The notes beneath the pieces are model-generated. The model worked only from the letters and a program-made list of their open reading frames with translations, ran no database searches and was not told the DNA's origin. A stretch of 56,554 nt of DNA, from assembly GCA_000934665.2 (NCBI GenBank), contig JYFJ02002468.1, positions 1 to 56,554 of the forward strand. Direction: 5' to 3'. Shown here one piece after another: positions 1 through 12,600 of the stretch. Each line of letters starts with the position of its first letter. The first letter of the stretch is position 1. The position numbers and the translations under genes are program-made. The DNA is from Catajapyx aquilonaris. Lineage: Eukaryota.

Positions 1-613
1 TAGGGTTCAATTGGATGTGGGTTTCACATATATTTAAAAAATAATAATCGAAGACCATGACTGGGCACCCTCCGTCTGGATTGAAATGGAACCAGCCATT
101 AGAGGATGTAAGTGGGGAGAAAGTTAGGGAGGGGGAAGAAGGAATGAGAGGTGGGGCAGGGAGAGACAGAGAGACAGGGGAAAGTGGAAAGGACAAGACA
201 GTATCTCTCGTTGTCTGTCTCCTACCCCACAAAAAATCGGTCCAGTTTTGGAGGGCCTTCTAAGCTACTTCTGGCATAGCTCTTGCTGTTCTCAGAGCAC
301 ATAATCTCTACCAGAACATCAAGGAGGAGATACAATTTGAAGGACGCAAGGTTATGCCATGTTAAGATGTCTAAGATCATTTAAATTGGGACGTAGATCC
401 TCCCTTCAACTTTGGGCTGACAAAATACATCACTGTAAGATAACTATAACTGTTAGTGTATTTTGACTGGTTTGTAATTAAAGCTGGTGCTGTGTCCCCC
501 TAAAAGGGCCATGCGCTGTTATGGAGTGTTTAAAAATAATAATAAAAAATGGTCATTTAAATTTATTTTAAAAAACCATTATGTTTCTTAAACAGCATGT
601 GTAATAGGCATAC

Positions 614-3600
614 CTTAAAAGGCAACAGGGAAAGGCTGTACTCAATGACCAAGCGAATGAGGCGCTTGGAATAAAAGATGAACTCATCACGCGGTGTATC
701 CTTGTTGCGGATGAATGTGTGAAGGCCCTTGATCTGAGGCGTGGGAGGCAGCAGGTACAGGGAGTCAGGAAGGGGCTGTCCCACATGCGAGTTGAAGGCC
801 AGTTTTTCACGAACTTTGAAGCCACGCTGAAAGAAACCAGCAGAAGCCATGACATTCGCTGCTACAAAAACATGCTTATCGTGTATGTACAAATTAAGAC
901 CTCGGGGGAAGAACGATCAAAGTCCACTTTTTGTCAAAAATAGTTACATATCTCAGAAGATAGTTTCACTAGCATAGAATATGAAAGTTTGGTTGTGGTT
1001 TGGGAGTAATCATCATAGGTCACAATGGAAGGCCACAAAAATTGGATTTACAATAGAACCTTATGGGCCTTCGAAATTTGAAATGGCAATATCTCAGTTT
1101 CACATGAGGTGGACCTTGATCGTTCTTCCCCCGAGGTCTTCGAATTATATTATAGGGTCCAGTGATACAGTCTACTTGTCACAGTCTCACCCAGAATATG
1201 ATGCTTCCAGAATTTTACATGAATATACTCTTTTGTGGGACAGAGGACTTAAAACCATGGGGAGGGGGGATTGGCAAATGAAGAAGTACTCTATGACAGG
1301 GAGAAGAAGGGTACAGGCTTAAAAATATGAGCTGCGTTACATGGTCAGTCGCGTCGCTTCTATTTCAATACGAATCGGAAAGGTGCCCCTTCGGCAACGT
1401 GTTACATGTCTGGCCTCTGAAAGCAGTGGAGTCCCCCTGACCCCTTCTCCTTCTCCTGCAGCTGATCCCCACCCACTTCGAAAGCCAGTAATTTGGGAAA
1501 TTTTGGAGTTGGAGAAAAGAAGGGTCAAGCAATAAGGCAGTAGTAATCCTCTAAAAGGTGAGTGGTGCGCATCAAACCTTTTGATGTGCAGGTAAATGGT
1601 TGTTCAACTGGCTGCGGCTGACTGGCTGCTCAGTTCAGTTGATGCGCATTTTCACATGTTACATGCCCGAGATGCTGCTCTGTAAACTGTGCACCTTTCT
1701 GAACCGCCTCGAAGCTGCGTCATGTAACGTGCCTCTATAACAACATAGGATGTGCACATCCATATGGACGTGTGTTCCTTTTTGAAATGCTGGCTTTCCC
1801 TTCCCCTGCATTAATATTCCCTTCTCCCTGGTCATGCTGCCAAAAGAAGGGAGTTCATAAGTGTGAAGCTTATCTATGAAACTATGAAATGGGGAAGTCA
1901 TCTTTGAAGTCATCACTTGCCAACAGGGTTGTGAACCGAACTGAACCCTTCCTCCGTGAACCCAATGACATCGGAGCCACTCCGGAGCAGTAGAGCTGGG
2001 TCCGGAGTGAGTGTCGGAGCTTGGTTCGGGTTCGAGTTGGTTCAGGGGAAGAGTGGAGCCAAGGTCAGAGCGGGTCCGCAGTTTTGTTGGGAGCTTGCCA
2101 GCTTGCTCCGGAGTTTGGTTTGAGCCAATGGCTCCAGAACGTAACCCGGTTCTGGAGGGAGATTCGGAGCGGTTCAGAGCTTGGTTAGGTCCAACATATC
2201 AAAGCAGCAGGGGGAAAGGCAGAAAAACCGCTGGATTTACTCCAGGGTATGCGTCATGTTTTCATGGCGGCAGAATGACATTTCCAAGCACCCGCGATAC
2301 AAGGTGTACCGCAAATGTCACATTTTCATGTCATACGCATTGGTTGTATGTCACATTTTATGTCATACGCACTTTTTGTATGTTACAATATGATATTGTG
2401 ACATACAAAAAATGCGCATGACATAAAAATGCGCATGACATAAAAATGCGCATGACATAAAATGCGTACGGTATGACATGAAAATGTGACATACAACAAA
2501 TGCGTACGGTATGACATGAAAATGTGACATACAACAAATGCGTACGGTATGACATGAAAATGTGACATACAACAAATGCGTAGGTATGACATGAAAATGT
2601 GACATACAACAAATGCGTACGGTATGACATGAAAATGTGACATACAACAAATGCGTACGGTATGACATGAAAATGTGACATCCAAAAAATGTGTATGCCA
2701 TTTTGTGACATACCAAAATGCGTATGACATAGAAATGTGAATGACATAAAAATGTGACATTTGCGGTACACCCTGTATTGTGGGTGCTTGGAATTGTCAT
2801 TCTCCCACCATGAAAACATGACGCATACGCTGGAGTAAATTGAGCTGTTTTTCTGCCATTCCTACCGTTGCATTGGTATGTTGTGTCTAACCAAGCTCTG
2901 AACCGCTCTGAACCCCCCTCTGGAACCAGGTTCAGCTCCGGAGCCGTTGGCCCGAACCAAACTCCGGAGCAAGCTGGCAAGCTCCCAACCAAACTCCGGA
3001 CCCGCTCCGACCTTGGCTCCACTCTCCCCCTGAACCGGCTTGAACCCGAACCAAGATGCGACGCTCGCTCCGGACCCGGCTCAACTGCTCCGGAGTGGCT
3101 CCGCTGTTATCGGGTTCATGGAGCAAGGGTTCGGTTCAGTTCACAACCCTGCTTGCCATGGACAACTTTTACAACTGAATATGGCAATGGATGACCACCT
3201 GGGCAGTGATCAACGTGCTGGCAGTGCACAGAAATGAGAGAAAAGTCACCAATTTGACCCTAAATGTCCCCAAAAACTGCTCATGTAAGTTCAAGTGATG
3301 CAAGTCAAGACATGGATTTCCACAAGAATCAGACAGGCCCTGGAAGTTCTTGACCACTGACCACTGATGATGAGAATGAACGTCATAGTATGTGAATATA
3401 TCCTGCGAGTTGACTAAAGGTTAATAAAACTAAGAAAATGAAAAGGAAAATATTCTGAGTGTACATTTATGCAAGTATGCAGTGTGGCGAAATAATCATT
3501 GTGAATTTAATAAAGAATTATTACTTGTTGTACAATAACGATTTTTAATTTTTGATATTTACTGCATGTATTAAAATAGACTGGTAAAATAAAACATGGG

Positions 3601-6600
3601 CTGAGTCTTCATTAAATGTTTGTGTTAGCAAAAAATTGCTGAACATACATATTTACTAGAATCTGACAAAGTGTACTGTTAAAATGTGGGACACTATGCA
3701 ATGCAATCTCCCACATAATTCTTATGAGAGAAATAAAAGTTATTACTAAACCCACATCATAAACCTTCAAATCATTCCCTCTCTTCACTGATTTCTTGGC
3801 ACATCCCTCAGTAACAAAAATGACAGTCCCGTATGAACCTAGGATATATACTCACCGAATGCAGTTGAGTGTGTATGTGCTGCACGATGAGTGAGATTGC
3901 CACTTCATTTTCACCTCCTCGTGGAACAATAATGTCAGCATGGGCCATGGATGGAGCAATGTAGTAATCAAAAGATGGTTTTACGAAGCGCTTGTATTGC
4001 TTCAAAACTCCCTCTAAGTCTCGTCCACGTTCACTTATGTCCCGCTTTAACCGACGAGCCAATCGGACATCTGAGTCTGTGTCTACAAAGACCTTCATAT
4101 CCAGCATCTGCAAGGGAGACTTTCTTGTTTCAGATGCTCCAAGATGATTAATTCATTAAATACCTTCAGCACACTAGCATGGTAGAAAGCTAAAATGCCC
4201 TCAAATATGATTACAGTGGCTCCATACATGGTTTTCTGCAAATCAAAAAATACACTTAGCTGTCAAGTGCTTTTGCATTCATAACCCACACTTACAGTCC
4301 TGCTTTCCCGGCTATGGGTCACAAAATTGTATACTGGCACTTCCACCTTCTTGCCATCCTTCAAACGCTGCAGTGTCTCTGCCAGGAGATCAAAGTCAAA
4401 TCCATCTGGATGGTCAAAGTTGTACTCATTGGTTGCTGCCAGGTTGTGCTGCTGTTCATTCAAGACCTGCAATGGGATTAGTCATCAATGCAGGTCTCAC
4501 CTACAGCAATGTCAATCCACCTTGTAAAATGAATCCAAGCTGAGGAGGGTCACCCATGGAATGTCCAAACTCTTGATAATTTTGGTCGCTACTGTTGTCT
4601 TCCCAGATGCACTTCCTCCACAAATCCCTGGAGCAGAAATAATAAATAATAATTCGTAATAATTCGTACCCCGTTATCAGCCTATCGGCTCTTTAGGGGG
4701 GAAGTTTTTTTTTGCCTGGAACTCTTTGCTGCGCTTTTTGGGATAGGATAGGGACGGAAGGAAGCGGCTGTGGCCTATTAATAATTACGGAAGCAACTCC
4801 GGAATTTTCCTAGAAGGACCATGGGAAACCACAGAAAACCACGGTCAGAGTTGCCGGCCCGGGGATTTGATCCCAGAACCTCCCGATTAGCAGTCGGACA
4901 CCATATCCCCTACTCCAAACTGCTTCGGTTCAGAAATAATAAATTATACAATGTGTTCCAAGTATTCAGGTCTCTTTACTTTTCACAAATTTCGCTTGTC
5001 ACGCGAGCATTTGTTATCCCCGCCTCCAGGCCACCTCCCTCTGGATGAACTTGGCTGATAGCACAGGAGCCCATGTGCTTGCCAATTATTACACACTCCA
5101 AGTGGCATCAACTTTTTTTTTTTGTTCTCACATGGCAAAGAGGTGTATACAGTGTAGATCAAAAAATTTCCTTTCCACATGAGGCGGGATTATTAGCCTC
5201 CAACAGAGGTACTAGCTAGGGGAGTGCGAGTTATTGCATCAGCGGGAGGCAGCACCTCTGTTGGAGGCTAATTGGCAAGACCCGTAGAAGTGGCTGACCA
5301 CGGAACTGAGTAATGGCGGACACAAGGGGTTGACTGTCAGAGTCCTGCCATGCACGGGAATGGAAAAGGGAGTCAAGTGGTGACAACTGACAAGTAACAA
5401 ATTATGTTTCGTGGTGGGATGAAACTCGAAGTTGTATCAGTAGCCTACTACTCATAAAGAATGGTACGACTCGATATGGACGAAATGTTTATCCTGTTCT
5501 CAACCCCTGGGTCGCCAGCATGTTTTTTTAAGTGTCGCAAGGAAGTCCGGGAGAGGAGAATCAAAATAAAGTGAAAAACCGAAGCAGTTTGGTGGAGTGG
5601 ATAAGGTGTTCGACTGCTAATCGGGAGGTCCTGGGTTCGCGTCCCGGGGCCGGCAATCCTAACCGTGGTTTTCTGTGGTTTCCCACGGTCCCCCAGGAGA
5701 ATTCCGGGATTGCTTCCTAAATAATTAAGCCACAGCCGCTTCCTTCCGTCCCTATCCTATCCCAAAAAGCAAAGTAAAAATGAAAGCAAAGAGTTCCAGT
5801 CAAAACAAAATTGGGATGAACTCCCCCCCTAAAGAGCAGCCGGCTGATAACGGGGTATGAATTATTATTATTATTAAATAAAGTGAAAAAGATTAGAAAA
5901 AAACAAGCCAAAGTAGGAAAATTTCAGGGAGAATATTCACATCAAATCTACGTGAGCATTGTATAGTGCGGAAAACCAAAGGACGATCTGACATCATCGT
6001 TTCTTACATTGTTGCTTTTTGTTGACACTGTTTACTCATATTGTTCTGTGAGGGTATTTCCATGGAAACCCTGATGACGTCAGATAGTTGTTTAGTTTTC
6101 CGCACTATACCTGGTTGAACATTTTGGTAATTAAAATTTTTATTTAAAATTCGGGGTGGGTCATCCGAGTCACCAGAGGTCCAGAAAAGGTTTTCCTTAG
6201 GGTCGAGTCGAAATAAGGTAGGGAAAACTGCTGGGCATTGTGGATGAACATTTCGTACATAGAATCGTTCCATTCTTGATGAGCGGGACAGCTTTTTGTG
6301 GACGTCTCAACATCCATAAGTATCAGTCGTCTTGTCGTCCCGAGACAAAACCCCACTTTTTGCAGAGAGATTTGCTATTAAATTCCCGCGTAGAATTACT
6401 CGTAGGAATTTATTTTACTTATGGACATCGTCGGAACAATCGAAATCTCCTCTCAACGATGGGAACACTGTCACCCTTTTCCGAATCCTAGTTTGGCCAT
6501 AATTAATTCACAAAGGTCGCTCTGCATTCTGGACCTAGATTGTTACAGTCAACCAGCCATTTCATGTCCAGTGGTTTTTCCCGAGATATTCGCTATTTAA

Positions 6601-9600
6601 TTCCCCCGTAAATTAGCCGCCCGGAATGTAATATTTAATTGGACGTTGTCGGGACAGTCGAAATCTCCTCTCGATGACGGGAGCATTGTCACCCTCCTCC
6701 GATCTCTAGTGTGGATGCAATTAATTCCCAAAGGTCAACCTGTACCCCTGGACCGACACGGTTACAGCCTGCCAGACCTCTCTCGTCCACAGACTACCTT
6801 GTAAGTCCCACTATTTAATTCCCCCGTAAAATAACCCGTGGGTATCTATTTTATTTGTGGACGTCGTCGGCACTATCGAAATCTCCTCTCGACGACGGGG
6901 GCACTGTCACCCTCCTCCCACCTCTAGTTTGGTCACAATATATTCCCAAATGTCACCCTGCACATCTGGGTCCACTCCCCTACAGCGGCGGCGCCGGCTG
7001 GGCCCTGTGTTGCGTCACGCTGCTCTCCCAGCTATTTGCGTAGGTACCGGCTACCTCATCTGCCTAGGCCTGGGGCCTGCCCCACAGGCCCACCCGGGCC
7101 ATTTGTGTACTCCTCCCCCCTGACCCCCTCCCTGCCCAGTGCCCACATAGCTTGTGCTCATTCTCGTCTACTGCACTCCCGGCCTCATGCCAAGCTCATG
7201 CCCTGCCTGCTCAAGTACCCCATCCTATGGACATCATAGATTCGACTTCAGCGCCTCTACAGGCCATGGGTCTCGCGAATAATCCCACCTCATGTGGAAA
7301 GGAAATCCTTTAACCTACTGTACCTAACATTGGAATACCATGCAGTCTCCACCTAAGTGCTGCAAATCCAAGCAAAAAATTTTTTGTTTGAGATTCCAAG
7401 GGCGAATCAGGTGGCATCCCAGTTTCATTGTCTGTATTTATTTTATTTCTTATTTATTTTATTTTACCCCATTGAGAGATCGCGCTCTATTAGGGGGGTG
7501 GAACACCACCATATTTTCCATTTTCTTGATTTTCTTCGGCTCCGTGCAAGGATGAAGGGATATGGGGGTAGAGATGGGGATTTTTGGGGAGGAGACACAG
7601 GTGCAGTGCAATGTCAAACTGGGTCATGTGCAGTCCCCCAGGAGGTTAGGTTGCCAGACGCCTCCAAGGCGCGGGTCAGGGACACTGTGCTCTTATCGCA
7701 TTGTCCTGAATCGCCTCTAATAATATAATAATAATAATAATAATAATAACTGGGGTAGTGCTTTCACCCCCAACTGGGGGTATATCACACGTTCCTTTAT
7801 TTTTGTTATTATTATTTTTACAGTAGCTGGTGCAGGGACAAGGTAAGGATAGGGAGGGGGAACACTGGTGCATGTGCAATCTCTCATGTTGGGGGTCGTG
7901 TGCAGTCCCCCAGGGGGGTCCGTTCGCCATAGATGGCCCCCCTAGATGCGGGTCAGAAACCCCCGACTGACCCGCATCTCCTCCAGGACAGGGAAAGGAG
8001 GGAAGCGGCTGTGGCCTATATTACGGTACGATCCCGGAAATCATTCCTGGAGTGACCTTGGGAAACCACAGAAAACCAAGGTCAGGATCGCCGGCCTCCG
8101 GGATTCGAACCCAGGACCTCCCGATTAGCAGTCGGACACCATATCCACTACACCACTACTGCTTCGGTGAATCGCCTCTATGGTTTGGAAATGACGTCAT
8201 TTCAAATGGATTTTAAGTTTTCAAAATAGAAAAAAGTCTGCTGGCGCTAAGTCCGGAGAATAGGATAGATGGGCACAACAGATATCTGATGTTTTCCCAT
8301 ATAACTGATGATGAGGAACAATGTGTGAGCTGGCACGCTGCCATGGTGCAATATCCAAGTCTGGCTTTCCCCACCATTTAGGCCTCTTGCTCCACACAGC
8401 ATCCCTCAAATGCACTAAAACATCCCGGTACAACTATTTCTTTACCATTTGACATCATCACAGTCCAAATTCATAAATTCATATACAATAGAAAATGCAT
8501 TTCCAAAAAAAAAAATGCAACCAACACCGGTACGTCAGGTGCCTTAACCTTTGACTGATTCATCTGTGCCTTTTTGGGTCGAGGAGACCCTTCCCCAGTA
8601 TGCATGGTAAAGCAATTGAAATGTCTCCGTAAAATTTTACCAAGTTTGCAGCAGAATTTTACACAAACAAGCTCTTTCATTTTCACTTTGTCAATAATCC
8701 AACGAACAGCTTGTGCAAGTGATCACTTCAGTCAATGTATCTTGATCACCGATGGTCTTAGCGGAACGGGGTAAATGGCAGTTTGTTGTCAAGACATGTT
8801 ACTAGGTGCTGTCAGTAGCCACAATGCACTCTCTGTGCCGGTTGACGCGATATTTAAAAAAGGTTGGTCTTTTTTTGAACACTCCTCGTATATTTTATAA
8901 CCTTTCTAAGATTTATGAACACCTACAAGCACAAAGGGGATGTAGAAAAGCAAATATAATTATGCAAGACTTGTTTATATTACCAACAGATGTAATTTTT
9001 AAATTTTATTATGCACACCTAGGAGCCAGAGGGTTACTGCAATTAGCCTTCCTTCCCCTCCCACCCATCCAGCCAAGCAAGAGTTGAAGAAGCAGCTCAG
9101 CACAATTTCAGATCCTTACAAACACGAGCACAAAACTCTTAAAAGAATCCTCACTATGGCCAATGAAACCACAAGATTAAAATCATGTACATCAGCTTGT
9201 CACATACAGGTTATGACACAAACATGCTGCATATATCATTTGCTAGTAATCGACTTGTGGTACACCCAGCCCTCAATAAGTTCAACTACTTTGAATTATA
9301 CTCAGGTTACTTCTTTGTGTTAACCCTGAAACCGTGCCGTGGGGTCTTCTTGGACCCCAAGGAAAAAAATGCATTTAAATAATCATTACAATGAACTTTT
9401 GCCATTTTTTTTACAGTATATAACAGGAAGTGCAGGTTTATTTTGAATTAGCGATCATTTTAGGCATTGTTCAAAGAATGATTGTATATAGTCAATACAT
9501 TGAAAAGTATTATATAATAATTAATAAAAATTAAAATATGGTGGGGTCCGAAAAGACCCCACGTCACGGTTCCAGGGTTAACCTTTTGACAACGGAGTTT

Positions 9601-12600
9601 TTCAGCCATTGCCTTACCCCAGGGCCTGAGTTCTTTTCCCCTTTTCCAGAAATTTGATGAGTGATATTAATGAATAATAATCTGCAGACTGCCCGGATTA
9701 CCTGGATTACCTACAGTTACCTGATCAAAATGACCCTGTGACCCATTTTTGAGGGGGCAGAGGTCAAATTCTGACCTCACCGATTCTCTTGAAATTCAGT
9801 GCATTGGTAGCCCACCCCAAGGGATGAAAAACGCACCTATAGTTACCTGACCAAAATGACCCTGTGACTCATTTTTGAGGGGGGGGGCAGATGTCAAATA
9901 ATAAAATTCCAACCTCACCAATTTTCTTGAAATTCAGTGCATTGACATATCCCCCCCAATATGGGTCACAGGGTCATTTCGAGCAGGTCACTATAAGTGC
10001 GTTTTCATCCCTTGGGGTGGGCTACCAATGCACCGAATTTCAAGAACATCCTTGAGGTCAGAATTTGACCTCTGCCCCCCTCAAAAATTGGTCACAGGGT
10101 CATTTTGATCAGGTAACTATACGTAGGTGCGTTTTTCATTTCTTGGGGTGGGCTACCAATGCACCGAATTTCAAGAAAATCGGTGCGGTTGGAATTTTAC
10201 GAGTTGAAAAATGTCCCAAGTTGTCAGGGCCAATCTCAAGACATCATATGATGTCCGCAGGCCCTGCAGGTATGTGTGCTCGGACATCTTATGATGTCCG
10301 TAGTCGTCAAAGCGTTAAAATAGGAAGTTTGGTCAAAGGGAAGGAATGACTATTTCAGTTTTCATTCCTTTTTCAGACCATAACTTACCATGCATGCACA
10401 ATAGGCCTAATGCACAAGTACCTACCAATCACAAAAGGCTCTACATGTTGGCCAGCTGTGTTATACCATGGTGGACGCCCAGCTGTGTATATAGTCTTAA
10501 AGTTGCTCCTTATTATTGGTTCTCGACAAGGCGTTTGCGTTTGGGAGATTGTCCTCTGCCTGCGTGACCGAGGAGACTTTTGTGAACCTGGAAGATATTT
10601 AATTATTTGGCTGTTAAATAATACCAATTCTGTGTTGTAAAAGTCATCAGAACAAACATTAATTCCCTTAAACAATCCCTTGATCATGGATTTTTCACAA
10701 GCAGGACCTGTCCTGCCCAGGAGCCATATGCCATGATGAGTGCCATCATGCCTATTTCCCCCAACACCACAGTTAGTTGTCTAAATTTTTTGTATTATCA
10801 TTGACACTCTCCTGACACCTACTCTTGTATGCTTACCTCTCATTTGAATTAATGCAGGTAATTGCAAAGGTTCAATGTAACCCTTTCACAGCTCATGTGC
10901 CTCTCCAGCAGAGAAAATGGTATTGCAAATGTGTGTAATTAAATTCTTTTGCCTAGCATGATTGATCATAATCATCTGTCATTTCCTCAAGTCTAACCTA
11001 CCACCTGCATTGTGAGAAAACAGTTGTTAGAGAGCATGTAGAATATCATGAATATTTACACACTGAAAGCATGGACTGGCAGGTGGAGGGAAGGTTCATG
11101 AGTCTGAATCACTTCCTTCACATTCCAAGGTTACACGTGCAAAGAAACATTTCCTGTTCATCCATAAAATTCCATCCTTTTACTATCTGGTTCCCTTCTC
11201 TTTTCAAATGTACTGAATAGATTTAATTTCTTTAACAGACGCGTTACAAAATGCAGTCTTGTTAAAAAACCACTATGATGAGACTAGCACTAATCATTTT
11301 CCAAATGAACGAGATGTGATCAGCTCTTTAATTTGTTGTTACTAATCATGTTGAAGACAGATTGTGGGGGGGGATGGTAGTCTAGTGGCTATGCTACTGG
11401 CTAGCCAGGGTTCAAATCCTGTCCTCGTCACCTCTGCTTGGTCGGGTCTTTTTCCGCTTTTCACCTGACATGTCTGGGCAGATTTGCACTCCCTTCTCTG
11501 CCCAGGGCCAAGGGAAAAGGTCTGGTGTTTATGAGGGTCTGAAATGACTAGAAACTACTTAAGAGCGCCCTCCCTTGGGAACCTCCCCTCTCCTACACGC
11601 CCGTGGACCAGGGCATTGCGACAAAACATGATGTATGTAAAAATTGCAAAAAGAAATAAAGGTCCGTGTAATACCTTGAAAGAGGTACGCACTACCCATA
11701 AGAAGACAGATTTACTTACTAGCAGAGGAAGGCCTAGGAGGCAAAGAGTCCGTCTTGGGAGCAGGTTCATTCCCATCGTCAACTGAAAACACCTGGTCAT
11801 TGCCTGGCTCATCCCCATCATCACTGAAAGAAAAATCATGCCACCAAATCAACAATGTTATGGAATTTTGCAGCACTACAAAACCACCAATTTTATACAG
11901 CTGCAATATAGCATACACCTAGTAGTGCAGGGTAATTTCACCCAGAAACACATGCGCAATGCTCAACCAAGCCCTTCATGGGTCTTCTCTGTCACGTAGC
12001 TAGAGTCTGCCCAGGAAAAGACTGCACAGGATTTTTGGGATTTTGAAGTATAGTTGTCAGACGCAACTGGAACACAACAAAACCCACACCCATGTTGAAA
12101 AAAAATCCCACCTGGCACCTGTACCTGTCTCCAGGGTACACATACCGAGACAACGTGGTGGGGAGGAGGCCCAGAAAATTTTAAAACATCCATGTGGCCA
12201 TGCAGTCTTTTCTTGGGCAGTATATATAAAGCCAGGGTGCCATTATGCAGGGTGTTTGGAAAATATAATAAAGGAGTGATAACATTGACATAGGACATCA
12301 TCCTGAACTGATAAGGCCTGTGGCATTTTGCCATAAAAATTATTGCAGAGGCGCTCAAGCCCAGCAAAGTTTTCACAACAAGTTCTAAATAGTGGTTTGT
12401 CTAAAAACAATATCCATTAACACTGGGATGGTGACGTGGGCACTTTTTTTGCTGTAACATGTAAAGTATAGCACATTTGAGCATCACCTTTGAGAACATC
12501 TTCGTTTGATTCCCTCTTTGATGAATGGCATTTGGTTTATATTTTTTGAGCAAATTGCACGATCAGGAAAAAATTATTATGCACCAATGCATAGTTGGGA

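Larger units (their letters stand above)
5150..7320. mobile_element. Tc1/mariner-type (TA-CAGT...ACTG-TA) non-autonomous element with about 2 kb of internal cargo
   Basis: TIR tttcctttccacatgaggcgggattatt (about 5165-5195) vs aataatcccacctcatgtggaaaggaaat (about 7278-7306). Short versions of the same family occur at 41651-41815 and 48847-49001. Confidence 0.7.

Noticed and set aside
2408..2690. Possible CRISPR-like array or repetitive proteins (ORFs 2358-3022)
   Set aside because: Head-to-tail tandem units with no unique spacers, no cas genes, a eukaryotic context; the ORFs are by-products of the minisatellite.
5579..5655. tRNA genes at SINE heads (also 16610, 22004, 35028, 56267)
   Set aside because: A and B boxes are present, but they continue into repeated bodies with simple-repeat tails and TSDs, and I could not form a convincing cloverleaf.
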